Shown piece after piece: positions 1 through 9,811 of a stretch of 32,000 bases of DNA; within the stretch, counting starts at the first letter, position 1; each line of letters opens with the position of its first letter. The notes under the pieces are model-generated. The model was not told the origin of the DNA. It did no database searches and saw only the letters and a list, made by a program, of their open reading frames with translations. This DNA is from Chitinophaga flava (lineage in GTDB: Bacteria > Bacteroidota > Bacteroidia > Chitinophagales > Chitinophagaceae): assembly GCF_003308995.1 (NCBI RefSeq), contig NZ_QFFJ01000001.1, positions 3,081,605 through 3,113,604 on the forward strand, written 5' to 3'. Position numbers and translations under genes: made by a program.

Positions 1-83
1 TAAATATCAATTCTAAGGTGATGATGCCATCACCATCACGCAGAAAAGTCGTACTTTGACGACGTTTCAAGAGTGCAGATTAC

Positions 84-1913
84 ATGCGGAATATAACTAC
101 CCTCAATGATGTTCACCAGCAGTTTGCCGAGTACTTTGAAGTACCGGTCCTGAAGCCGTATGCTTACCTGCTGTCTAAAAAACTCAGTGAAGGGCATATC
201 TGCCTGGACCTCGACAGTATCAGTGAAGAACAGGACAGCCTTCCCGGTTTCTATCAGATCGCGGAAAACGGTGCTGCCCCGCTGGCAGGCATCCCATTGA
301 TAGGAAAAAACGGAAACGATTCCCAGCCTTTTGTACTGTTTCAAAACAGACTGTACCTGCAACGGTACTACCGCTACGAAACCAACTTCCTGCAACATAT
401 CAATGATTTTCTTACTACAGAAAAAGCACTGCAGTCCGACAGGATTGCCTTGCTTAAACAACAGCAGGAACTGGTACAACAACTGTTTGCCTCTACCGGT
501 CAACTACGCGAAGGCGATGATCCGGCCGACTGGCAACTGGCTGCAGCCATCACCGGAGTACTCAACAACTTCACCATCATCACCGGCGGGCCCGGTACCG
601 GTAAAACCACTACTGTGGCCAAACTGCTGGCCATCCTGTATGCTACCGACCCAGCCCTGAAAGTGGCCCTGGCCGCACCTACCGGTAAAGCCGCCGCCAG
701 GATGGCGGAAAGTCTGCGCAATACCACCATCCCGGTAAGCCCGGAGATCGCTGCCAGATTCCAGGAACTGAGCCCTTCCACCATACACCGGCTGCTCAAG
801 TCCATCAAAAACAGTCCGTACTTTCGATACAACAAAAAGAACCCACTCACCTATGATGTAGTCATCATCGATGAGTGTTCCATGATAGATGTGGCGCTCT
901 TCGCCAAACTGCTGGATGCCATTCATCCGCAGACACGCCTGATACTGCTGGGAGATAAAGACCAGCTGGCCTCCGTAGAAGCAGGAAGTCTTTTCGGCGA
1001 TCTCTGCCAGGCACAGGAGAAACTAAATACCTTCTCCGGAGAAAGATTACAGCTCATCAACGGATTTATTACCGACGACAGCCGTAAAATTTCATCTGCA
1101 CAGGAAGAACAGCATTCTACACACCCGCTGTTCCAACACCTCGTGGAACTGCGGCGCAGTCACCGTTTCACCGGTCATACCGGTATCGGTAAATTCAGTA
1201 AAGCCGTCATACAAAACAATCAACTGGCCATCCGGAGCTTCTTTCCGGCCGGCGCCGATAGTCAGGTAGTCATCGATCAAACTAATTCGACAGCATTGTT
1301 TGAAGATTTTATCGCCGGATACGAATCTTTTATCAAGGAAACGGATACCCGCACCGCTCTTCGGAAACTCAACGATCAGCGCGTACTCGTGGCTATCCGT
1401 GAAGGTGCCCAAGGCCTCTACGCCATCAACCGGGATATCGAAAGATACCTGCATGATAACGGCAAAATCAGGGTCAATGCAGAGTTCTACGAAAACCGGC
1501 CCATCATCCTTACCCGTAACTATTATGAGCATGGGTTGTTCAACGGAGACACCGGCATTATCCGGCCTGATGAAAACGGGGTGCTGATGGCCTGGTTTGA
1601 AGACAGCAATGGAGAGCTGAAAGGCGTACTGCCCGGCTATCTGACACTGGCGGAAACAGCTTTCGCCATGACCATCCACAAAAGCCAGGGCTCCGAGTTC
1701 GGGAAGGTACTGGTGATATTGCCGGACGCAGCAGATGTACCCATCCTGACGCGGGAACTGCTGTATACCGCTGTCAGCCGCGCCCGTAACAAAGTATATG
1801 TGCAGGGCTCCGCAGAAGTGATCCTGGCAGCCGCAGAACGTTTTGTGGCCAGGGCTTCCGGCATTGCGGCCAGATTCATTGCCCAGGCAGGCAATGACCA
1901 AACAGGAAATTAA
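84..1913 (+). CDS. recD: RecD-like exodeoxyribonuclease V alpha subunit (SF1 helicase)
   Basis: 609-aa ORF. Walker A ITGGPGTGKTTTVAKLLA (nt ~580-640) closely matches the E. coli RecD P-loop as I recall it. Also has VIIDECSMID (motif II), LILLGDKDQLASVEAGS, AMTIHKSQGSEF and YTAVSRAR helicase motifs. Its stop lies 2 nt before the recC start. Confidence 0.9.
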   Translation: MRNITTLNDVHQQFAEYFEVPVLKPYAYLLSKKLSEGHICLDLDSISEEQDSLPGFYQIAENGAAPLAGIPLIGKNGNDSQPFVLFQNRLYLQRYYRYETNFLQHINDFLTTEKALQSDRIALLKQQQELVQQLFASTGQLREGDDPADWQLAAAITGVLNNFTIITGGPGTGKTTTVAKLLAILYATDPALKVALAAPTGKAAARMAESLRNTTIPVSPEIAARFQELSPSTIHRLLKSIKNSPYFRYNKKNPLTYDVVIIDECSMIDVALFAKLLDAIHPQTRLILLGDKDQLASVEAGSLFGDLCQAQEKLNTFSGERLQLINGFITDDSRKISSAQEEQHSTHPLFQHLVELRRSHRFTGHTGIGKFSKAVIQNNQLAIRSFFPAGADSQVVIDQTNSTALFEDFIAGYESFIKETDTRTALRKLNDQRVLVAIREGAQGLYAINRDIERYLHDNGKIRVNAEFYENRPIILTRNYYEHGLFNGDTGIIRPDENGVLMAWFEDSNGELKGVLPGYLTLAETAFAMTIHKSQGSEFGKVLVILPDAADVPILTRELLYTAVSRARNKVYVQGSAEVILAAAERFVARASGIAARFIAQAGNDQTGN

Positions 1914-1915
1914 CA

Positions 1916-4900
1916 ATGGCTATATATTTAAAGGTTTCAAATTCACTCAACAGTCTCGCATCCAGTCTTTCAGACGATCTGAAGGCCGCGGGCAATGGTG
2001 TGTTTCAACCTCATTATATCATCACTCAGACGGAGGGGATGAACAACTGGTTAAAGCTGCAACTGGCCTATAAAATGGGCATTGCGGCCAACTGCCGGTT
2101 TATGAAACCCAACGACCTGCTCTTTCATCTTTACCTTTTGCTGGGCGGCCCTTTTACACAGGTGCTCTCTCCGCAAAACCTCAGCTGGCTGTTGTTTAAG
2201 CTGTTGGGTGAACCCGAGTTTGCGGAGAAATATCCCGAAGTAGCCGCCTACTTTAACGAAGGAGAAGGAGAGAGTGATTTAAAACGTATGGGCCTGGCCG
2301 AAAAAGTAGCCGACTTGCTCGACCAGTACCAGGTATACCGTCCGGAGATGATCCGGGAGTGGAGCCAGGCCAATCCGGCCCTGCTCAAGGATGACGACTG
2401 GCAAGCCTGGTTATGGGCCAAAGTAAAAGCCCTCTCCGGCAATGCTTTACCCGATAAAACCCTGGTAGGCAACCATATCCTCGAAACCCTTTTCTATAAA
2501 GGGCCACACGCGGGATTATCCAACAAGATGCCCGCCGTGCATCTGTTTGGCCTCTCTATCATCACGGCTTATCACGTAAAGATCTTACATGAACTGTCTT
2601 CTTATATAGACATTCATTTTCATATCATCAATCCTGCACCCGTGGTGTATTGGTTTGATGACAAAAGCGAAAAACAGCTGGCACGCTGGCGGCAGAAAGG
2701 ACTGGAGGAACAAAAATCCACCGATCCGATGAACGTAGGTAATCCTCTGCTCACCGGCTGGGGCCGCGTAATACAAAACACTTTCGGGCTGTTTTTCCAA
2801 TATGAGGCTTTTATCAATGCCTACGAAGAAATAGGCATCGAAGAGCCGATCGCCGATACACTGCTGCATAAGATTCAACACGATATCTTCTCTGCCGCCA
2901 CTACAGACCGGCACCCGCTTACCCTGGAAGATGTGCAGGACGGCACTGTCACGATCAATTCCTGCTATACTATAGCCCGGGAAGTAGAAGTGCTGTACAA
3001 CTACCTCGTACACCTGGTAGACCAGCGGCAGGAATCCCTGTCGCCACGCGACATTGTAGTGATGGTGAGTGATATCGATGCTTATGCTCCTTATATCAAA
3101 GCGGTGTTCAACAACGCACCGCATAAATTCCGCTATACCATCGCGGATGAAAGTTATACCGATAACGACAACCTCTTCAACGCACTATATGCCCTGCTGA
3201 CCATCAACGAAGAAAACTTCACTGCGGAAACAGTGATGCAGCTGTTGGATTTTTCGTATATCCGTAACCGTTTTGGGCTAAACGATCCTGTACGCATCCG
3301 GAATGTGGTAGAAGCGGCCAATATCCGCTTTGGCATAGAAGGCAGCAAAACGGAGGAAACTCACTTCGTAAGCTGGCGCTATGGAATACAGCGTATCATG
3401 TATGGTATTTGTATGAGTGGGGAAGAAGAATATGGTTATGGTGATGATAGCTTTTTCCCGCTGGACATGCAGGAAGGCAGCGATGCCCATGAAACCATCC
3501 GGTTCTGCCATTTCGCAGAAGTGCTGATGGCCTCTATCGAAGACCGGCGCAAACTGCGTACCATCCCCGATTGGGTGAAGTATGCAGAACAGATTGTGCA
3601 TAACCTGGTGTTTGAACAACAGGAAGAAGTAGATGAAGACTACAATACCCTCATCAAACAACTAACAGATTATAACGCACTGAATGAATATATGCAACAG
3701 CCAGTGGCCTTCGAAGTATTCAGCCACAGCCTGTTGCAGGCCCTCACCGGCACCACCAGGGCCGGACTCTTCGTCAACGGCGGCATTACCTTCTGTTCGT
3801 TGATCCCTATGCGTAGTATCCCATTCAAGGTGGTGGCACTCATGGGCCTTAACTTCGACAAGTTCCCCCGCCGGGAGATCAAGTCCAGCTTCAACCTCAT
3901 GGAAAAGCAATGGCAGCGCGGCGATCGTAATGTAAAGGAAAACGATAAACATCTTTTCCTGGAAACAGTGCTGTCTGCCCAGCAATATTTATACATCAGC
4001 TATGCCGGCCGTAATGCCAAAGATAACAGTCTGTTGCCACCATCAGCCCTGGTAGATGAACTGGTGGATTACATCGTTTCCGGTGTTGAAGACGGAGCGG
4101 AAAAGGTACGGGAGCTGCTGATTACGCAGCAGCCGCTGCAGGGCTTCAGCCGCAAATACAGCATGGGCGATGACCGGCTGTATAGTTACCTCAACGCCTT
4201 TACGGTTTCCGGAAAAGAAGTCATCAATCCACAGAAAAAAGTCGATCCGCTCACCTTCGATGAAGTAAGCCTGGAAGAGCTGGTCAGCTTCTTCAAAAAT
4301 CCATTCAAGGCTTACTACAACAAAGTGCTGGGCATCTATTATAACGATGAACAGATTCTGCTGAGTGAAACAGAGCTTTTCAGCCTGAACAACCTGCAGA
4401 AATGGGGTATTAAAAATCAGCTGTTGCCTGTAGGGGAAGGGGATACCCGCACCTTACAGAAGACGCTTGTTAAAAAAGGACAGCTACCGTTGAGCAATAT
4501 GGCTTTTGTGGCCATACAACAGGTAGAGGAGGGGGTACATCCTGTGCGTACGCTGTACGAAGCCTGTACACAGGGCGCCACCGAACAAAGGGCATCCTTT
4601 GAAACAACTATAGACGGCACCCTCCTGAAAGGTCATATCAACAGCATCTACCATGATCAGCTGTTACAGATTTCCTGGTCTAAAAGCGAAACCAAGTATC
4701 TGGTGGAAGCTTATGTCCGTTATCTGGCTGGTATTGCCTCCGGGGCTGTCAAAGGGATGCAGTTTATTTCCGGGGGCAGGAAAGAGGCCGTATTTACGGC
4801 TGCACGCCTATCCAAGGAATTGGCGTATAGCCGTTTACGTGAACTGTTAGCCATTTATAAATCCGGCTTTAACCAGATCTTTGCTTTCTATCCTGACTTT

Positions 4901-5122
4901 GGCAGCAAGCCCGCCGATCTGAAAGAGCTGGACGTTGACAAATTTGCCAAACTGGTAGAAAATAAATTGAATAATTATCAATACCCATGTAATGATAATT
5001 ATATCATGCAGGAATATGAAAAAGGATTTTTCGAAGAAGAGCATGTGCTGGCGGCTTACAAGCGTGCTTGTGAACTGCTGATTGTTCCGTTGGCCGAAAT
5101 TTTTCCTGACTATTACGACTAA
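1916..5122 (+). CDS. recC: RecC-like exodeoxyribonuclease V gamma subunit
   Basis: 1068-aa ORF of canonical RecC size. The N-terminus (YLKVSNSLNSLASSL...FQPHYIITQTEGMNNWLKLQLA) parallels the RecC N-terminal pattern (...ILVQSTGMAQWLQ). It sits between recD and recB with 2-3 nt gaps. Confidence 0.85.
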   Translation: MAIYLKVSNSLNSLASSLSDDLKAAGNGVFQPHYIITQTEGMNNWLKLQLAYKMGIAANCRFMKPNDLLFHLYLLLGGPFTQVLSPQNLSWLLFKLLGEPEFAEKYPEVAAYFNEGEGESDLKRMGLAEKVADLLDQYQVYRPEMIREWSQANPALLKDDDWQAWLWAKVKALSGNALPDKTLVGNHILETLFYKGPHAGLSNKMPAVHLFGLSIITAYHVKILHELSSYIDIHFHIINPAPVVYWFDDKSEKQLARWRQKGLEEQKSTDPMNVGNPLLTGWGRVIQNTFGLFFQYEAFINAYEEIGIEEPIADTLLHKIQHDIFSAATTDRHPLTLEDVQDGTVTINSCYTIAREVEVLYNYLVHLVDQRQESLSPRDIVVMVSDIDAYAPYIKAVFNNAPHKFRYTIADESYTDNDNLFNALYALLTINEENFTAETVMQLLDFSYIRNRFGLNDPVRIRNVVEAANIRFGIEGSKTEETHFVSWRYGIQRIMYGICMSGEEEYGYGDDSFFPLDMQEGSDAHETIRFCHFAEVLMASIEDRRKLRTIPDWVKYAEQIVHNLVFEQQEEVDEDYNTLIKQLTDYNALNEYMQQPVAFEVFSHSLLQALTGTTRAGLFVNGGITFCSLIPMRSIPFKVVALMGLNFDKFPRREIKSSFNLMEKQWQRGDRNVKENDKHLFLETVLSAQQYLYISYAGRNAKDNSLLPPSALVDELVDYIVSGVEDGAEKVRELLITQQPLQGFSRKYSMGDDRLYSYLNAFTVSGKEVINPQKKVDPLTFDEVSLEELVSFFKNPFKAYYNKVLGIYYNDEQILLSETELFSLNNLQKWGIKNQLLPVGEGDTRTLQKTLVKKGQLPLSNMAFVAIQQVEEGVHPVRTLYEACTQGATEQRASFETTIDGTLLKGHINSIYHDQLLQISWSKSETKYLVEAYVRYLAGIASGAVKGMQFISGGRKEAVFTAARLSKELAYSRLRELLAIYKSGFNQIFAFYPDFGSKPADLKELDVDKFAKLVENKLNNYQYPCNDNYIMQEYEKGFFEEEHVLAAYKRACELLIVPLAEIFPDYYD

Positions 5123-5125
5123 ACG

Positions 5126-8100
5126 ATGACGGATAACAGATATCAACATTTTGTAGCAACCGATGTACCGCTGGATGGGAGCAATCTGATAGAAGCCAGT
5201 GCAGGCACAGGGAAGACGTATTCCATCGCCATCCTGGTGCTGCGGCTGATATTGGAACAAAAGCTGTCTGTAAAGGACATCCTGATGGTGACCTTTACCA
5301 AAGCCGCTGTGGCCGAACTGGAAGACCGTATCCGGCTGTTTATCCGCAAGGCTTACACCGTCAGCTTCGGCAATCCCGTTGACGATGATACCATCGTCAA
5401 CCTGGTACTGAATGCCGTAGACCAGTGGGGCGCCGTAGAAGTCAACCACCGCCTGCGTGACGCCGTATTGTTACTCGACGAAACATCTGTTCTTACCATC
5501 CATAGCTTCTGTCAGCAAACACTGAATGAATTTGCCTTCGAAACAGACCAACTATTTGGCGCCGAAATGGTGCCGGACACCACACCCATCATTGAAGGCG
5601 AACTGAATAAATTCTGGCGCAGACACGTCACCACCTTACAGCCCATCCTACTGCAGTCTCTCTGGGGCGAGGATATGCGTAGCAATATCCTGCAGGTTTT
5701 GCAGGAACATCTCAGCGGGAAAAAATACCTGGGCTTCAACGCCAAAGAAGATTACCGCATCAATGTTACACAGCAGAACAGATGGCTGGAAGAACTATTC
5801 TCCCTCCGACAGCAGCAGACTGTAGCAGAAGGAGCTTTGCATCAGCATATCATCAACAACAGGGACGATCTAGCTTTCACCTGTAATACCAACACCTATG
5901 CAAGAAAAGGCATTCTTCCATTTATAGATAAACCTGCTGAATTTGCTGCAATCATTAAGAAAAAAAAGAATTCAGACTATATCCAGGAATTGTTTTCGGA
6001 CATCCTCGAACAACTGGAAGCAATAGATGCTTTCGACGAAACCGTCTCCCAGCATAAACAATCGCTGCATCAGCAACTCAACTGCCTCGCTATACAAGAA
6101 GTGATCACCGGCGTGCGCTCCCATAAGGAACGCAGTAACATGCTGAGTTATGACGACCTAATCAGTCATCTTAACCTGGCACTGGTACAAAAAGATAATC
6201 CTGGCCTGATAGCATCCCTGCAAAACAAATACAAAGCCGTGTTTGTGGATGAATTCCAGGATACCGATCGTCAACAGTATGAAATATTCAATCATGCTTT
6301 CGGCGAAAACACCATCCTGTTCTATATCGGTGATCCCAAACAAAGTATCTACGCCTGGCGTAAAGCGGATATTTTCACCTACTTCGATGCCCGCAACAGC
6401 GTTCAGCGTCTCTATGATATGAACCATAACTATCGTTCATCAGAGAACCTGATTGCTGCTATGAACCGCTTTTTCAAGCCTACTGAAAATTTCGACACCT
6501 TCGAGTTTGACGGTGAAAAAGATAGTATCCGGTATATTGATGTGATGGCGCCCGAAGAAAGCAGCAAAGGCTTTCTATACAGAGCTGAAGAAAAAGAGGT
6601 GCCCATCACCATCTACAACTGTAAAAACAAAGATGAAATTGCCAGTGCAGTAGCCGCGCAGGTAGCACAGCTGTTGCTCGATCCGGCCTACCGGATTGTA
6701 AAAGATAAAGCCCAGACGATCACTCCTTCCGATATTGGTATCCTTGTACGTACCGGAAAAGAAGGTAAAGATATCAAGCAAAAGCTGGCCCACCTGGGCA
6801 TTCCGGCGGTGACAATAGATGATACCAAAGTATTAAATACCGCCGAAGCCCTGGAAGTGCTGTATCTCCTGGAAGCGATGGAAACGCCGGAAAGGTCTAC
6901 CATCAACCGGGCGTTGCTGTCTCCTTTTACTGGTTTCAGTGTACAGGATATCCTCAATCTGGATGATGAAATAGCCCTCACCCGCTTCGGCAACTACCGC
7001 AATCTGTGGCAGGAAAACGGGGCCTATACAGCGCTCATGACGTTCATCGCCGACTTCGGCGTGCGCAATATCCTGCTAAGCGATCATTCCAAAAACGGAG
7101 AACGGGCTATTACCAACCTCTATCAGTTGACAGAACTGGTACACCAGGTGCAGAACCGTAAAAACCTGTCTATGCGCGACCTGATCTCCTGGCTCAAACG
7201 CGGTATAGATGGCATGTTGGTAGAAGGAGATGAGTACACCCAACGGGTGGAAAGTGATGAAGAAGCCGTGAATATCGTCACCATTCACAAGAGTAAAGGA
7301 CTGGATTACCGAATCGTACTAGTGCCCTACCTCGATTTCAGGAATAGTGATGCCGCTTTCATTAGTTTCAGAGATCCGGAAACCGGTGATTATATCAATG
7401 CAGAAGCTGCCCGTATCAGTCCTGAACAGAAAGCAGCCCAGCAAAGACAGCAGGTACAGGAAGACCGCCGTCTGATTTATGTGGCCATCACAAGGGCTGT
7501 GTACAAATGTTATCTCTTTAAAAATAACAGCAAGCTCGCTGCCGAATCCTCTTTTGCGAAATTCACCAGCGCCTTGCTGCTCAATCCCCCAGACCCTTCA
7601 TTAATTGAAGTGGTGGATGCTTTACCTGCGGAACCGGAACAGCGTTACCGCAAAAGCAAGCTGGCAATAGTCCGGAATATAGCACCTGCACCGGTATCCT
7701 TTTACCTCCGGGAAGAAAACTGGCGTAAGATGAGTTATACCATGCTGGCCGCCAAACCCGAACAGAAGCCCCGTATGCGCTCCGCCCAGCAGGAAAGCGA
7801 ATACGATAACTTCATTTTCCACACCCTGCGGAAAGGCGCCAAAACAGGGAATCTGCTGCACTTCATCTTCGAGAATATCAACTTCTCTGATGACAGCCAG
7901 TGGGATTACTGGATCAATGAAGCGATAGCCCGCTTTGTTCCCGGACAAGGAGAGGTATATCTGCCCATGCTGCAGCAGCTTTTACAGCATGTGATGCATG
8001 CCAACATCCAGATAGGCAAAAACCGCTTCCAGCTGGCTTCTGTAGGCAAATACAAACGGATGGCCGAACTGGAATTCGATTTCCCGGTGCCTGTTTTCAG

Positions 8101-8545
8101 AGCCAATATGCTCAATGCACTTTCGGACGATGAGTTAACAGTAACGGTTAAACGTTTTTCTGAAGATAGAAATCATGAGCTGGAAGGTATTATGAACGGG
8201 AAAATTGACCTGTTCTTTGAACATAACCATCGGTACTATATCCTCGACTGGAAGTCCAACTACCTGGGCGGTATTGTGGAAGACTACGCCCCATCGGCCT
8301 TAGCAGCTGCTATGAACGAAAACAACTACCATCTGCAATACCTGATATATACCGTGGCAGTAAAAAAATACCTGGAAAGCAGACTACCGGATTTTAACTA
8401 TCAAAAACATTTCGGTGGTATTATCTACTGCTTTGTACGTGGAATCCGCAACAATGGCAATCAGGGTATTTTCACCGCCAGACCTGATCTCGAAAAGATT
8501 ACCTTCCTGGAAGATATGCTCACCGCAAAAAGTCACCGCTATTAA
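5126..8545 (+). CDS. recB: RecB-like exodeoxyribonuclease V beta subunit (UvrD-type helicase plus PD-(D/E)XK nuclease)
   Basis: 1139-aa ORF. Walker A EASAGTGKTYSIA (nt ~5194-5225), VFVDEFQDTD (motif II) and IVTIHKSKGLDY are present. The C-terminal nuclease motif GKIDLFFEHNHRYYILDWKSNYLG resembles E. coli RecB GFIDLVF..GRYYLLDYKSNWLG. Confidence 0.92.
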   Translation: MTDNRYQHFVATDVPLDGSNLIEASAGTGKTYSIAILVLRLILEQKLSVKDILMVTFTKAAVAELEDRIRLFIRKAYTVSFGNPVDDDTIVNLVLNAVDQWGAVEVNHRLRDAVLLLDETSVLTIHSFCQQTLNEFAFETDQLFGAEMVPDTTPIIEGELNKFWRRHVTTLQPILLQSLWGEDMRSNILQVLQEHLSGKKYLGFNAKEDYRINVTQQNRWLEELFSLRQQQTVAEGALHQHIINNRDDLAFTCNTNTYARKGILPFIDKPAEFAAIIKKKKNSDYIQELFSDILEQLEAIDAFDETVSQHKQSLHQQLNCLAIQEVITGVRSHKERSNMLSYDDLISHLNLALVQKDNPGLIASLQNKYKAVFVDEFQDTDRQQYEIFNHAFGENTILFYIGDPKQSIYAWRKADIFTYFDARNSVQRLYDMNHNYRSSENLIAAMNRFFKPTENFDTFEFDGEKDSIRYIDVMAPEESSKGFLYRAEEKEVPITIYNCKNKDEIASAVAAQVAQLLLDPAYRIVKDKAQTITPSDIGILVRTGKEGKDIKQKLAHLGIPAVTIDDTKVLNTAEALEVLYLLEAMETPERSTINRALLSPFTGFSVQDILNLDDEIALTRFGNYRNLWQENGAYTALMTFIADFGVRNILLSDHSKNGERAITNLYQLTELVHQVQNRKNLSMRDLISWLKRGIDGMLVEGDEYTQRVESDEEAVNIVTIHKSKGLDYRIVLVPYLDFRNSDAAFISFRDPETGDYINAEAARISPEQKAAQQRQQVQEDRRLIYVAITRAVYKCYLFKNNSKLAAESSFAKFTSALLLNPPDPSLIEVVDALPAEPEQRYRKSKLAIVRNIAPAPVSFYLREENWRKMSYTMLAAKPEQKPRMRSAQQESEYDNFIFHTLRKGAKTGNLLHFIFENINFSDDSQWDYWINEAIARFVPGQGEVYLPMLQQLLQHVMHANIQIGKNRFQLASVGKYKRMAELEFDFPVPVFRANMLNALSDDELTVTVKRFSEDRNHELEGIMNGKIDLFFEHNHRYYILDWKSNYLGGIVEDYAPSALAAAMNENNYHLQYLIYTVAVKKYLESRLPDFNYQKHFGGIIYCFVRGIRNNGNQGIFTARPDLEKITFLEDMLTAKSHRY

Positions 8546-8937
8546 AGCAGTTTCAGGTCTTTCGTGATTTTATCAATATCCGTGTTCAGATTAGGCCCAA
8601 TAGCACAACAGGTTTTAGTAGGTACCCCTCCGAATTCTGTAAGCCCGGAATCAGTGATCAGCGTGGCATTCAGGCCATCCTCCAGGGCCTGCTGGTATAC
8701 ACGGTCCAGCTCTTCTTCGGAGTCCACAGACAAACATATCTTGGTAAATCCTTTAGTCATCCATTCCTGCACTTCTTCCGGATTACGAACACTGGTTTGC
8801 AGTGTGTTTCCCTCTATGGTGGCGTGACGGGTAAGAAACGCGATGGATGCATGCGCGCCCTGCGCAATCATTTTACCTTTTCTCATATTCAGGTCTTTCC
8901 GCATTACAATTACCTGCTTTACAATTCTCGATGACAT
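8542..8937 (-). CDS. pth2: PTH2-family peptidyl-tRNA hydrolase (archaeal/eukaryotic type)
   Basis: 131-aa ORF. VIVMRKDLNMRKGKMIAQGAHAS and the C-terminal CAIGPNLNTDIDKITKDLKLL align by eye with human PTRH2 ([23 protein letters not shown] ... IGPGPADLIDKVTGHLKLY). Its stop codon overlaps the recB stop (TTAA at 8542-8545). Confidence 0.8.
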   Translation of the reverse strand: MSSRIVKQVIVMRKDLNMRKGKMIAQGAHASIAFLTRHATIEGNTLQTSVRNPEEVQEWMTKGFTKICLSVDSEEELDRVYQQALEDGLNATLITDSGLTEFGGVPTKTCCAIGPNLNTDIDKITKDLKLL

Positions 8938-8980
8938 AATATCACTCCTTTTTACTTAAATTACCATAAATGTAACCTAT

Positions 8981-9745
8981 ATGAGGATACTGTCCCTGAC
9001 CTTTGCCCTACTTCTTTTTGGCCTCGCCCTGCATGCACAGTCAGACACCGCACTTCTTCGTAAAGCATGGGTAGGACCGGAACTGGCCTATTTGAATTTT
9101 GATCAGAAAGGATACTCGATGGATTTCTATGGTCAATGGCCCCAAGATGGCGCTTATACGTTATTAGGGGATACACTCAGATTACACAAAATCAGATATT
9201 ATGGCGAAAAAAAGACCCTCTATGGCGATGGGGATTTTTTGATAAAACGACTCACCACAGATAGTCTGATCCTTGTTCCCATTAACTGGATGGCCAACAA
9301 AAAATTAAGAGGTCAGCCCATACTTTATTATAAAGATCAGGCGCTGACAGCTAAAAAGGATCTTCGTTTCGATAGCCTTGTTTTGAAATCCTCCCATTCC
9401 TATTCGTCCACCCCCACAATGGAAATACAGATAAATCAAAAGAAACAAGTGAAATTCAGCGGATTGATATATGTCATAAAGGATGGGAGTTATACAGATA
9501 TTTTACCAGATTCTACCTATCAGCAGCTGTTGTATCTTCTCAGCATATCTGAACTGGACCACTTAAAATCCTGGGGACAAGAGATACATGATGACAAGCC
9601 GCTTTCGTTACAAATATGGTACAATAACAAGATGATGCTTATTGAATGCAGGCGCTTTCCTATGGTAGCTGATAAACTGGAACAGCTTTTATTCAAGATA
9701 TCGGCAACAACAAAGTTAGAAAGATCTAGCTTTAGGTCATTGTAA
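8981..9745 (+). CDS. hypothetical secreted protein
   Basis: 254-aa ORF with a clear Sec signal peptide (MRILSLTFALLLFGLALHAQ). ATG start. I recognise no catalytic motif. Confidence 0.55.
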   Translation: MRILSLTFALLLFGLALHAQSDTALLRKAWVGPELAYLNFDQKGYSMDFYGQWPQDGAYTLLGDTLRLHKIRYYGEKKTLYGDGDFLIKRLTTDSLILVPINWMANKKLRGQPILYYKDQALTAKKDLRFDSLVLKSSHSYSSTPTMEIQINQKKQVKFSGLIYVIKDGSYTDILPDSTYQQLLYLLSISELDHLKSWGQEIHDDKPLSLQIWYNNKMMLIECRRFPMVADKLEQLLFKISATTKLERSSFRSL

Positions 9746-9811
9746 ATCCTTATCAATAGCAGATCTGACACTTTATAATATCCTGTGAAAATTTAAATAG
9801 ACCTTATATCA

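Noticed and set aside
1092-1916. 274-aa minus-strand ORF antisense to recD (also 36-503, 500-926, 2585-3124, 3278-3996 and 4847-5449, antisense to the rec genes)
   Set aside because: They are fully embedded opposite ORFs that carry unmistakable RecD/RecC/RecB motifs. Their translations are low-complexity with no motifs, as expected for antisense frames of moderately GC-rich coding DNA.
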